DNA of 64,000 bases from a virus: the UHGV virus genome UHGV-0101699, one strand, 5' to 3'. The notes under the pieces were generated by a model, which saw only the letters and a list, made by a program, of their open reading frames with translations, searched no databases and was not told the origin of the DNA. Each line of letters starts with the position of its first letter. The stretch's first letter is position 1. Of this stretch, positions 1 through 9,057 are shown in pieces. A program made the translations under genes and the position numbers.

Positions 1-1996
1 AGACATAGTCGTCCAACATGCCTGACTGAATTGGACCTGGTCTGAAAAGCGCAGTTGTGGCCACAATGGTTTTGAAGCTCATTGGCTCGATACCACCACC
101 CAGATCTTTGAGTAGCTTCCTCATGGGGCCGGACTCAAGCTGGAACACACCTTGCGTATACCCCGCGGCGAATCCATCAAGTACTTTGCGATCATCCAGT
201 GGGATGGCATCGAGGTTGACGTCCTTACCGGTGCTCTCTTTGATGTAACGTTTTGCGCTATCCAGCAGATCGAGAGTGGCCAGGCCCAGAACGTCCAGTT
301 TGATCAGCCCCATGGCCTCGCAGTATCGTTTATCGAATGCGATGCAACGCGCGTCTCCACGTCGCTCTACAGGGGTACGTTCCGTCAGAGGTACGCCAGC
401 AACAATCATCCCTGCAGCATGGCGGCCGAAGCCACGCATCAGGTTTTGCAACTTGCTCGCCGCCTTAAATGCGTCCGGATGTTTGGTGGCGTACTTGTCC
501 AGGCTGGCCAGCTGCTCGCGCAGCTCCGACAGAGATAAACTGTCATCCTCCAGGGTCTTTAGCTCCTTGGAAACAGCCATATCCGCCGCATCAACTCCAT
601 AAATACGCGCTGTGTCGCGCAGTGCGGAAGCGGCGCCCAGATAAGTGAAGTTCGGAATGCCTGCAACATACTCTTCGCCATATCGGGCATTCAGATACTC
701 GATCACCTCATGGCGCCGCGCCTGGCTAAAGTCCAAATCCGCATCCGGCAAGTCGAGACGTTCAGGGTTAATGAAACGTTCGAACAGAAGACCATGACGG
801 ATTGGGTCAACGTTAGTAATGCCGATGCACCATGCCACCAGAGAGCCGGCGGATGAACCACGACCTGGCCCGACAGGAATACCAGTCTCGCGACTATGAT
901 TCATCAGATCGCGAACCATCAGGAAATAACCGCAGAATCCCAGGCGAGTGAGCGTTTCCATTTCATACTTGAGGCGATCGACGTAAATGCGGTGCTCGGA
1001 AGCTGGTGGCGTGTAGCCAAATTCTTTGTTGCTGAGACGTTTTCGAAGCCCTGCGACAGCCAGTTTCATCAACGTTGCAGGCTCATCGTCTGCCATTTTT
1101 GGCAGCGCCGGCGCCATCTCGTGCCAGCGCCATTCGCACGCCTTAACAATGGAGTCCTGCGTTGTAGAAGCCATGGCGGCAGACACAGATACGCCCATCC
1201 GGACAGAAAACTCTTTCAGAGCCTGCAGCAGATGACGGCGACCATTTATTGCATTGTCGCGCTGGTGGGGGATACGCAGCCGGTGTGGCTGATCGACTTT
1301 GATATTGTTCATCACCATGTGGGCGATGTCTTTGATGTCAGCGTCATCAACCCCTTCGTAATAAGCTGGGTAAAACGCAACGGGCTCGATTTTCAGTGCG
1401 CTTGCCACTTTCATGGCTCGCACGTTGATCTGGTCATAGAATGGCGTAGGGTGTGGATATACGACGCTGTAGAAATTATCGCGTCCACCGGCAGTAATCA
1501 GCGCACTAATAATTTTAGCGAAGTCCGGGCGCTGGAATACGCTGCCGATATCCGAAGTCAGTAACAGTATATTGCCTTTAGCGTATGTAGCCGCCAACTG
1601 GTCGAGCGCCAGGCGTGGCACGAAGTAAAACTGCTCGCGGGTATTGGCTAAAGTCATTAGTTCGCAAATGTCGCGATAACCTTGCTCGTTTTTAATCAGT
1701 GCGGTGAAGCAGTAGTTACGTCCACGCTCCAATGATTCCATACATCCATTAGACTCTTTAGCCAGTTTAGCCCGGTACTCGTATGTTGGATCGTCGACAA
1801 CATTCAGCTTAACACCACAGATCACCGCCATCTCATCGCCAGCTGCTCGTTGCAGGGGGATAACGCTGGCGATATTCATCGTGTCAGCAGAGATAACCGC
1901 GGTATAGCCAGCCTCCTTTGCCACCTTTACTGCGTGCTCTGCTTTCAGTGCTGATTCTCCCAGGGAAAAATCAGTCCTGACCATCAGTGCTTTCAT
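1..1996 (-). CDS. dnaE: DnaE-type DNA polymerase III alpha subunit, N-terminal ~665 aa (gene runs off window start)
   Basis: Own minus-strand translation from ATG at 1996: MKALMVRTDFSLGESALKAEHAVKVAKEAGYTAV (PHP domain) ... PGRGSSAGSLVAWCIGITNVDPIRHGLLFERFINPER (DnaE palm signature); frame open to position 1; preceded by AAGGTAAAAACAC-ATG initiation region shared with other early genes. Plus-strand ORFs 57-1564 are antisense noise. Confidence 0.8.
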   Translation of the reverse strand, partial: MKALMVRTDFSLGESALKAEHAVKVAKEAGYTAVISADTMNIASVIPLQRAAGDEMAVICGVKLNVVDDPTYEYRAKLAKESNGCMESLERGRNYCFTALIKNEQGYRDICELMTLANTREQFYFVPRLALDQLAATYAKGNILLLTSDIGSVFQRPDFAKIISALITAGGRDNFYSVVYPHPTPFYDQINVRAMKVASALKIEPVAFYPAYYEGVDDADIKDIAHMVMNNIKVDQPHRLRIPHQRDNAINGRRHLLQALKEFSVRMGVSVSAAMASTTQDSIVKACEWRWHEMAPALPKMADDEPATLMKLAVAGLRKRLSNKEFGYTPPASEHRIYVDRLKYEMETLTRLGFCGYFLMVRDLMNHSRETGIPVGPGRGSSAGSLVAWCIGITNVDPIRHGLLFERFINPERLDLPDADLDFSQARRHEVIEYLNARYGEEYVAGIPNFTYLGAASALRDTARIYGVDAADMAVSKELKTLEDDSLSLSELREQLASLDKYATKHPDAFKAASKLQNLMRGFGRHAAGMIVAGVPLTERTPVERRGDARCIAFDKRYCEAMGLIKLDVLGLATLDLLDSAKRYIKESTGKDVNLDAIPLDDRKVLDGFAAGYTQGVFQLESGPMRKLLKDLGGGIEPMSFKTIVATTALFRPGPIQSGMLDDYV

Positions 1997-2176
1997 GTGT
2001 TTTTACCTTCTGTTTTTTCTTAATTTTGTCGTTGGGGAAGCCGACGAACTTCCCGTATATCGAAATCGCAACTCCTTTGGCTGCCTGGTGGCAGTCAGGC
2101 CTGTGAGCGCATGACAAACAGGCCGCGCCAGTTTCAGAAGCTGCGATAAGAGATCCAAAACAACCTTTACGCACGA

Positions 2177-3409
2177 TTAACCGAAGATTTTCTGAACCAC
2201 TTCACGCGCCGCTTGCGCAGAGGTGGAGGGGAGTTTATTGATGAATGACTTCTCGATGCCGGCTGCGAAATCACCTCGCATCATTCCGATTTTTGCGGAC
2301 AGAAGCAGCTCACGCGGGCCGATTGGTTGGCTGATCAGGTGTTGCTCATACCCGTCTCGTACCAGATTGGCGAACTTAACCATTTTTTCGGCGTATTCAC
2401 GGATGATTCCCGCTTCAACCAGCATGTTCACCTCAGCACCAGGCTTCATGTACTTGACGTGAGATACGATGCCAAAGCGAGAGAAGTTAGCCGCGTTCTG
2501 GATGTTCGTTCCTTGATAAAGCCCCGTTTCATCCCCTGAACCATTAGTGTTGCCTGTACCGATGAAGGCGAAGCGCTTATGCGGCGCCACGCGACGCCAG
2601 TCAGGTGTCGCTTCTTTGATTACGAGTGGTTCGCCTTCCAGAACTGGCTGGTAGATCCCCAGAATCTGCGGGAATGCAAAATCGTATTCGTCTGCCAGAT
2701 AGACCCAACCGTTCTTCATCGCCAGCGACAGAAGCCCAGGTTCAAAGTAGGTTGTGCCTTCTCGCGCCAGAATCTGGCCCGTAATATGGGCTTCCTCAGT
2801 TGATGCCGTATGCTGTGAGCGGATAACCGGGCGATTCAGGAGCGCGCAAAGCTGGGTTGGCAGAGAGGTTTTCCCCGTACCAGCATGACCCCACAGATAA
2901 CCAGGAATGCCGATCTCCAGCATCATGAAGATGTCTTTAATCAGATCGAAGTCGCCGTATACATAGCCGGCTTTCACTTCTGGCACGAACTCCGGATATG
3001 GCGTGTTGATGTTGACCGTCACCTGAAGGGGTTTGCCTCGGGGCGTGCCAAGTTCCTTGATAGTCAGGCCAAGCAGCTCGTGCGCGGCGACAAGCTCAGT
3101 TTTGTATTCGACTGTCCCTGCATAGCCAGGGTGGGAACTGATATCCGCGATTTTGCCGTCTGCGCCAGCCTTCTCAGAGCGTTTATTCTTTAACGCTTCA
3201 ATGGCCTTTGGAGACAGCGTTGGTTCCCCGGGGAATGCTGTGGTGTACATTTTCACTACGTCATCCACACCAAGCCCTTTGGCTTCTTCCGGAATTCCTT
3301 CGCACCGACCCATCGAAATGTGGGATTTGAGGTGATGGAAGGATTTTCCGCACCATTTGCAGGTGACGGCATCAGAGTGGGCGTTTTGTGGTAGCGCAGT
3401 CGCGGTCAT
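2177..3409 (-). CDS. cobS: CobS-like AAA+ ATPase (MoxR/CobS family) with N-terminal Cys/His zinc-finger-like motif
   Basis: 410-aa ORF; CKWCGKSFHH near N-terminus; Walker A LWGHAGTGKTSL; conserved TIR AAGGAAAAACACATG at 3407-3424. Confidence 0.65.
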   Translation of the reverse strand: MTATALPQNAHSDAVTCKWCGKSFHHLKSHISMGRCEGIPEEAKGLGVDDVVKMYTTAFPGEPTLSPKAIEALKNKRSEKAGADGKIADISSHPGYAGTVEYKTELVAAHELLGLTIKELGTPRGKPLQVTVNINTPYPEFVPEVKAGYVYGDFDLIKDIFMMLEIGIPGYLWGHAGTGKTSLPTQLCALLNRPVIRSQHTASTEEAHITGQILAREGTTYFEPGLLSLAMKNGWVYLADEYDFAFPQILGIYQPVLEGEPLVIKEATPDWRRVAPHKRFAFIGTGNTNGSGDETGLYQGTNIQNAANFSRFGIVSHVKYMKPGAEVNMLVEAGIIREYAEKMVKFANLVRDGYEQHLISQPIGPRELLLSAKIGMMRGDFAAGIEKSFINKLPSTSAQAAREVVQKIFG

Positions 3410-3471
3410 GTGTTTTTCCTTACTTGTTGTCGTTTCTGGGCTCTATTCTATACAAATGTATCAGGCTTTAT

Positions 3472-3485
3472 AGTAACTAGTTACT
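3472..3485. promoter_or_regulatory. palindrome AGTAACTAGTTACT between cobS and cobT
   Basis: read directly. Confidence 0.4.
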
Positions 3486-3505
3486 TATTTTATAGGGCGC
3501 AAGGT

Positions 3506-5785
3506 TTACTCTAAAATGATACGAGATAACTCGCTGACAACTGACGTACCCAACTCTTCGACCTTATTCACTAGCGCATAGTTTTTGTAATACCGGCGCG
3601 GCGCGTCCGTAAGAATGCCAATGGCCAACAGGTTGATGTCACTTGTGTTTTCGATGTCATTCGTTACAGAGCGCAGATGGTTACTAAAGCCATCCCCCGC
3701 AGCGCATGGGGCGCCGTCGCTCTGCACAATCATGATCTTCTTGTCTTCCATACGCCCTGCAAACAGAGAAGCCAGCTGTGCGATGCTCTCGCCATCCACG
3801 TTGTTTAGCAGGGGGAAAGTCTCCGCCACACAGCCCATACGAGCACGTATCTCTGGGGAGTTCGCTTTTTCATGCCAGTTTTTAATAATCGGCAGCATAA
3901 GCGCTTCAAAGCGGCTAAACCCACGTTTCGACATAGTTGCTACATCCGGATTGCCATACGTAGTGAAGCCGGTAATGACGTTCGGAACGTGGATACGATC
4001 TAGGGCGTCAGCCAGTGTGTATGCGGATGCCAGCGCGAGCTCGATTTTTCGGCCGCCCATTGAACCTGACAAATCGATGACCTGTTGAACGCACGCGTTC
4101 ACGGCCTTGTGGTCTTCTTTTCTCCGGAATACCCGATCGTCATTCATCGACAGTCGGTAAAGACTCGCCCCATGTACGCGTCCACGACGCTGGCCAGGGA
4201 TGAACTGAACACGGTTACGACTGGCGATCGCGCGCTCCAGGTCTTTGGCCAAGGTAGATGACACCGAGGAAGACAGATGTCTCTCCACCTTCATCACAAA
4301 CAGTTTTCTGCCCTCTGGAACAATGCGGTAGCGATCTACGGGAGAATACATAGGGATTGCGCCAAAAGCTTTTCTGGCGCGCTTAATATGCTCTTCTGCC
4401 TCGTCAATTGGCCCCAGAAAGTCGTAGGAGCGATTGTATGGCCGGTAATCAGATAGTGACGCGCTGGCCAGCTCCGACTTGATCGCCGACGCCAGCGCAT
4501 CTTCGGTTGAAGAACCTATCTCTTCATCGACGTTTTCTAATGCCTTGAGAGCATCATCAAGAGACATATCGTCAGCGTGTGGGGCAAAGCCGGCATCGCT
4601 TTCATCCGAGGTGTCCCGACCCCCTTCATCCTTCTCCTTGCCACCGTCTTTATCTGCCTTGCCTTCACCGTCTTCGACAGCTTCGCTGTCATCAGAGGAG
4701 CTGCCATGCCTGTCCTCTGAGCCATCATCCGTGGACGGACTGTAATCCCCTTCATCATCTACTTCTTCCCCTACATCCGAGCCCAGAGATGTAACAGGAT
4801 CATCAGCTGTCGTTTCTTCGCTGTCAGGCAAGTCGTCAACATTTTCATGGCCTAAATCGCCATCTTCAGGTTTACTTTCTGTATCATTTATTACTTCATC
4901 ACTGTTAGGTATGTGCTTACTTATCGATTTGTCTGATTTTTCATCATCTTCATCGTCAGAGCTAAACCCATCAGGAGTGCTTTCGAGCCCCTCTTCGTCA
5001 CAAACCTCAGTATCGTCTCCAGCAGCCGGCTCATCCGAACTGTCTTCTTCTGGTTCGGTCTTTTTGGTTACAGAGGATTCAAGCTCAGGTAACGGGCCTT
5101 CTGGCATCTCAGTCATTTCACGCAGGATCTTCGCCATTGCTGCAGCAACCTTGACGCAATCCTCAGTGCTATCCATACGACGAACAGCTTCATCGACGCC
5201 AAACTCTTTCAGTACGGCAATAGGTTTATCGATGAGGTGCCAGTGCTCCTCCATGAAATCAACAAAAGTTGGTTGGCCATCCCACGCCCGTAGAACCGGA
5301 CAGAGGAAGAACTTTAGAAACAACTCGCGTTGATCCCCGCGGCACATCGCTACCGCCTTTTTAATGTGGGGATTAAAATATTTATCAATCATTAGGTTAC
5401 GTGTGGACAATAGGTTCCGCCGGCTGCCGGTGAACACTTCACTCATGCGACGTTCGATGTAGACGTCTTCCAGGGCGTTCCAGAGTCCGAATGCCTTTGT
5501 GTTGCGCATTTTCTTGACGACTTTTTCGTCTGTGAAAAGGAGATGGCCAACCTCGTGATCAAGGAATCCACGTATGGCATTCATAAGCGCAGGGCTTGCG
5601 TCATCTGGTATGGATGGGATGTTAACCATGACTGGCTCACCCTTTTTATTGTAGCGAACGTATGCTGTGTCTCCGCATTCAGCTACAGGAATATTCTTGC
5701 CCGAAAGAAGACCAACGACGCGTTTTACGGAATCGCGGAAGTCCTGTACCTCTTTGAGTACAGTTTTGCTGGGTTTGGTTGCCAT
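3506..5785 (-). CDS. cobT: CobT-like protein: N-terminal domain, long Asp/Glu/Ser-rich acidic linker, C-terminal vWA domain
   Basis: ORF 3506..5878; likely true start MATKPSKTV at 5785 (preceded by AAGGAAAAACACATG); vWA/MIDAS-like DLSGSMGG...IVQSDGAP; ~180-aa low-complexity acidic region (about 4560-5100); pairs with upstream AAA+ ATPase. Confidence 0.6.
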   Translation of the reverse strand: MATKPSKTVLKEVQDFRDSVKRVVGLLSGKNIPVAECGDTAYVRYNKKGEPVMVNIPSIPDDASPALMNAIRGFLDHEVGHLLFTDEKVVKKMRNTKAFGLWNALEDVYIERRMSEVFTGSRRNLLSTRNLMIDKYFNPHIKKAVAMCRGDQRELFLKFFLCPVLRAWDGQPTFVDFMEEHWHLIDKPIAVLKEFGVDEAVRRMDSTEDCVKVAAAMAKILREMTEMPEGPLPELESSVTKKTEPEEDSSDEPAAGDDTEVCDEEGLESTPDGFSSDDEDDEKSDKSISKHIPNSDEVINDTESKPEDGDLGHENVDDLPDSEETTADDPVTSLGSDVGEEVDDEGDYSPSTDDGSEDRHGSSSDDSEAVEDGEGKADKDGGKEKDEGGRDTSDESDAGFAPHADDMSLDDALKALENVDEEIGSSTEDALASAIKSELASASLSDYRPYNRSYDFLGPIDEAEEHIKRARKAFGAIPMYSPVDRYRIVPEGRKLFVMKVERHLSSSVSSTLAKDLERAIASRNRVQFIPGQRRGRVHGASLYRLSMNDDRVFRRKEDHKAVNACVQQVIDLSGSMGGRKIELALASAYTLADALDRIHVPNVITGFTTYGNPDVATMSKRGFSRFEALMLPIIKNWHEKANSPEIRARMGCVAETFPLLNNVDGESIAQLASLFAGRMEDKKIMIVQSDGAPCAAGDGFSNHLRSVTNDIENTSDINLLAIGILTDAPRRYYKNYALVNKVEELGTSVVSELSRIILE

Positions 5786-5804
5786 GTGTTTTTCCTTATC
5801 GAGT

Positions 5805-5817
5805 AAACAAATTGTTT
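5805..5817. promoter_or_regulatory. AAACAAATTGTTT palindrome upstream of cobT-like gene
   Basis: read directly. Confidence 0.6.
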
Positions 5818-5902
5818 TCAGATATAAGAAAATAACACTGCGCGAACAGGGGAGGAAGCAATTCGCGCAGGGGATCAATGAGTTATAGGCGGGTTATAAA
5901 TT

Positions 5903-6133
5903 TTAGTTGATTCGAACCGCGAAAGAGAGGTCGCCAGTATTGATCAGCGTGAAAGAGCCATTTTCCAGGGAAAACCGGAAAACAGTAGCGTCGCGCGCTC
6001 TAACGTTTACCTGGTGATTTGGTAACTCAGATAGTACTTCTGCAGCCTCCAGGTGTGTCAGCGCGAAAACATTGCCTACATTCAGAGCAAGTAAATTAGA
6101 TGACAATTTTTCCATTAATAGCATCCTAATCAA
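5903..6133 (-). CDS. hypothetical small protein (76 aa), divergent from HTH gene; possible Cro-like switch partner
   Basis: ORF with normal GC flanked by AT-rich intergenic DNA; no recognisable motif. Confidence 0.3.
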   Translation of the reverse strand: MIRMLLMEKLSSNLLALNVGNVFALTHLEAAEVLSELPNHQVNVRARDATVFRFSLENGSFTLINTGDLSFAVRIN

Positions 6134-6341
6134 CAGGTTTCATTTGGAGGTGATGGTACTACCTATTGATATAAAAGTTAATAAAAATGTATCGTAATGT
6201 CTTAAACAAAAATAATCAAAAAAATCAACAGAAGTACCGGATTTTACTAATTTATACCTTATTTCGTGTGATTTATGTGCGATAATTGCCTACAAATAGC
6301 CGGATGTAAGACTTTACAATAATAACCGTTGCTGTAATATC

Positions 6342-6355
6342 GGTAAGTACTTACC
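6342..6355. promoter_or_regulatory. perfect palindrome GGTAAGTACTTACC upstream of HTH gene
   Basis: read directly. Confidence 0.6.
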
Positions 6356-6388
6356 ATACAATAAGATCACACGAGGATAGTAACTACA

Positions 6389-6769
6389 ATGACAATGGCC
6401 GATGAGAAGACCGCTCGTTACGTCGCCTACATCGATTCTTTAATCACTGTTTCGCCGAAAAGTCAGTCGGCGATCTCCCGTGAGATTGGTTACAAGAATC
6501 CCAACATTTTGTCCCTGATAAAAAAGGGAAGAATTCCGCTGCCGGTAGAGAAAGTGCTACCACTGGCAGAAGCACTGAATGCAGACCCAGTACGTCTCAT
6601 GATGATGGTTCTTGAAGACCGTCAGCCTGAGCTGGCAGATTTTTTACGAGACCAGGGCATAGCGCCGCTGACTCCGGAAGAACGTGAGGTTCTCGCAGCT
6701 TTCCGCAACCGCTTTCCGGCTCAAACTGATGGTGTTGAGCAGGTTGTGGAAGCAATTAAAAAGCTATGA
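6389..6769 (+). CDS. XRE-family HTH DNA-binding protein (candidate repressor/regulator)
   Basis: 126 aa; HTH-like SQSAISREIGYKNPNILSLIKKGRIP; perfect palindrome GGTAAGTACTTACC 34 bp upstream; adjacent to integrase. Confidence 0.6.
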   Translation: MTMADEKTARYVAYIDSLITVSPKSQSAISREIGYKNPNILSLIKKGRIPLPVEKVLPLAEALNADPVRLMMMVLEDRQPELADFLRDQGIAPLTPEEREVLAAFRNRFPAQTDGVEQVVEAIKKL

Positions 6770-7864
6770 GAAGTTTACTCTGATCAGCTCGGTGGATAGG
6801 CGATCTCCCTTCATTTTGTGGTCAATTTCTTCTAAATCTGGTTGCTCAACAATCGACGAGATGTACGATGAGAAGCTCTCAAGGGCTTCTCGCATCTGAT
6901 CCATGTAGTCATATCGGTCGTATACACGGTCGATACCTTCCAGACTATGATTCATGATCTTACGTGATACTTCCTGAGAAATATTAAGGGCTGGAAAGTA
7001 GCTGCGTGCCGTTCTACGCAGATCACGTGGGGTAAACGACTCCACTTCCCCAAGCTCTGGTCGCTCTAGAATCCGCCTCAACGCCTGGGCTATTGCAACC
7101 TTTGACATTGGCGTATCAGCTTTCTTTTTGTTCGACGGGACGAGCCACTGGCTGCCGGCGCCATAAGCAATCAATTCTTCTACGCACTTCCGCATCAGTG
7201 AGCTCATCGGAAGGGTGTGCGACCGGGCCGATTTGTTGCGAGACCCTTGATTCCATACATTTAGCTTAAGGTCGAACTCGCTTACTCTGGCCCGCAGCAC
7301 TTCATCTGGACGTCTGGCAGCTACGAGGCAAAGCCTTGCCGCCCATTTCGTGCCTGGACATACGTCGAAATAGTCCCAGACATTCCAGAATACCCAAACC
7401 TCTGCGTCCGTCAGGCATCGTTCCCGCGGGGCCGTCTTCGCGCCGCCGGCAACTTTGTTCAGCGACATATCATTCAGGGGCGATGTTTCGATAATTCCCT
7501 GGAAGGCACACCATCCCAGGAACTGCTTCATGATGGAAAAAACACGGCGACCCATCACGATCTTCCCTTCAAGGATCAGCGGGTTGACCAGCTGATTCAC
7601 CATTATTCTATTCAGGTTACTTACTTTTTCCTGAGCGATATGCGGGAGAACATGTATCAAAACACAATGGACAGCTATCTCGGGCCGGCGGCGAGTTATC
7701 AATAATGATAAGCGAGTGAATAACATGAATGCGTCGGCGAAAGTCAGATCGGCTCCCTGCATCGAGACCGATCTGGCATCCATCTGCGATGCCCGATCCA
7801 GATAGGTGATCGCTTCCTGTGACGTGTTTTCCGCTGCGCGTGCTCTGTCAAACGTGTTTTTCAT
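6764..7864 (-). CDS. int: tyrosine integrase/recombinase
   Basis: 366 aa; C-terminal catalytic region ...LRRTARSYFPALNISQEVSRKIMNHSLEGIDRVYDRYDY (R, H, Y catalytic residues in phage-integrase arrangement). Confidence 0.8.
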   Translation of the reverse strand: MKNTFDRARAAENTSQEAITYLDRASQMDARSVSMQGADLTFADAFMLFTRLSLLITRRRPEIAVHCVLIHVLPHIAQEKVSNLNRIMVNQLVNPLILEGKIVMGRRVFSIMKQFLGWCAFQGIIETSPLNDMSLNKVAGGAKTAPRERCLTDAEVWVFWNVWDYFDVCPGTKWAARLCLVAARRPDEVLRARVSEFDLKLNVWNQGSRNKSARSHTLPMSSLMRKCVEELIAYGAGSQWLVPSNKKKADTPMSKVAIAQALRRILERPELGEVESFTPRDLRRTARSYFPALNISQEVSRKIMNHSLEGIDRVYDRYDYMDQMREALESFSSYISSIVEQPDLEEIDHKMKGDRLSTELIRVNFS

Positions 7865-7962
7865 AATCTGGCCACTGTATGACGCTTTTTATACTGTGTT
7901 TATATACAGTATATTAGGCATTGTTTTTATTGAGATCAACCTAAAATACCCTCTTTTGTCTA

Positions 7963-7993
7963 ATGATTCCATACCTACCAAGTATGGAATCAT
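7963..7993. promoter_or_regulatory. perfect 11-bp inverted repeat ATGATTCCATA-n9-TATGGAATCAT upstream of int, followed by AAAGGCCTTTTTTT hairpin
   Basis: read directly; the same 11-mer recurs at 11959-11969 and 13252-13262. Confidence 0.5.
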
Positions 7994-8213
7994 AGAAAGG
8001 CCTTTTTTTGAAAATTAGTCATCAGGGCCGTGCATTTCCCGCTTGTTTGTTTGCGACATCACCCTTGTCTTTGCGTTATGTCCCATCGTTGTCCGGTGCC
8101 AGTTTAGTCATGTTTGCGTCTATGGCTGTCTCGATGCCGCCTGGTCTCGAAGGGGGGACTTCGTCAATTCATGATATGATAGCTTTAATGGTATAGCTAT
8201 GAAGGAATCATAG

Positions 8214-8573
8214 ATGATGACCTTAAAATATTATTTACGGCACTGCTTATGGGGATGGTGTGGTTATGGCTATCTGATCTATTTTATAGTGCGCGATATG
8301 AATGACGGACTAATTTTTCCTGCCTATGTTCCTTATATGCCATTTGTGGTTACATATCTTGTTTTAAGCGCCGTCCTGTACCCATTCTCATATTATACTT
8401 CGGAGAAACTAGCCCTTAAGATAATGACCAAACCCTTTTGGGATCGTCACATTGGCGTGAATAGCGGTGTGTATGGCATGTTCATTATTTTGTGGTTATT
8501 TTGCCTGCCGCTTTCGGTACCGTTATTTCTCGTATATTTATGCATACGCGCAAAGACTAGATTAAGTGCCTAA
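8214..8573 (+). CDS. pore-forming-colicin immunity protein homologue (colicin E1/10-class Imm-like inner-membrane protein)
   Basis: 119 aa, 3-4 predicted TM helices; pattern TLKYYLRHCLWGWCGYGYLIYFIV...VLYPFSYYTSEKLALKIMTKPFWDRH parallels remembered ColE1 Imm [24 protein letters not shown]...[26 protein letters not shown]; AT-rich, plus-strand, own promoter region. Confidence 0.55.
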   Translation: MMTLKYYLRHCLWGWCGYGYLIYFIVRDMNDGLIFPAYVPYMPFVVTYLVLSAVLYPFSYYTSEKLALKIMTKPFWDRHIGVNSGVYGMFIILWLFCLPLSVPLFLVYLCIRAKTRLSA

Positions 8574-8637
8574 AAAATATGAAAATTATCGCAATATAAC
8601 CACGCTACGAATGAGAAAGGCATGGAGCTGCAGGTAA

Positions 8638-9048
8638 CTACGGGTTTGTTAATTTCTGGAAGGCTGCCGCGTATTTGGCGATGTCGCTCATTTTGGCTGG
8701 ATCACTGGCTGTTTTGTGTGCCTCTTTCGGGAAGATGGCCAGCAGACTATACACGTCCTGAAACTTGGCGTGCTGGGTATAAACGAGGGCGCGGTCGCTT
8801 GTACAGTTGAACCTGTTTCGGTGACTATTTCGTTCTTGCTTGGTGAATAAGAGATGAACGTGGTAAACACGAGAGGAAACTACAGAACCAGGTTCGGTAT
8901 AGGGGCCATCTTTGCCAAAAACGGCCGGATAAAAGCCGTTTTTAAAACTCACAAAGTCAGCAAGTAAGGAGGTCTTCAGATCAGGCATTACTCTGAAGAC
9001 CGGCTCCAAAAATTGGGCGTAACTATCACTGTTCCATGTGACTTTCAT
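8638..9048 (-). CDS. YafO-like toxin (ribosome-dependent mRNA interferase family) homologue
   Basis: 136 aa; LLADFVSFKNGFYPAVFGKDGPY / HVHLLF / ALVYTQHAKFQDVYSLLAIFPKEAHKTASD resemble remembered E. coli YafO LTADFISYKRDGVLPDTFGRDALY / HIHL / HLVYCQGAFDEQAWLLIAILKPEPHKLARD. Confidence 0.5.
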   Translation of the reverse strand: MKVTWNSDSYAQFLEPVFRVMPDLKTSLLADFVSFKNGFYPAVFGKDGPYTEPGSVVSSRVYHVHLLFTKQERNSHRNRFNCTSDRALVYTQHAKFQDVYSLLAIFPKEAHKTASDPAKMSDIAKYAAAFQKLTNP

Positions 9049-9057
9049 CGATCAGCC

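Noticed and set aside
57-1564. Plus-strand ORFs (63-222 aa) at the window start
   Set aside because: They lie antisense to the continuous DnaE reading frame, which has clear polymerase motifs. No RBS or motif support.
6764-7993. Calling an attP site next to int
   Set aside because: Only the 11-bp inverted repeat is visible. No tRNA-derived core or arm-site array could be identified without a host sequence.
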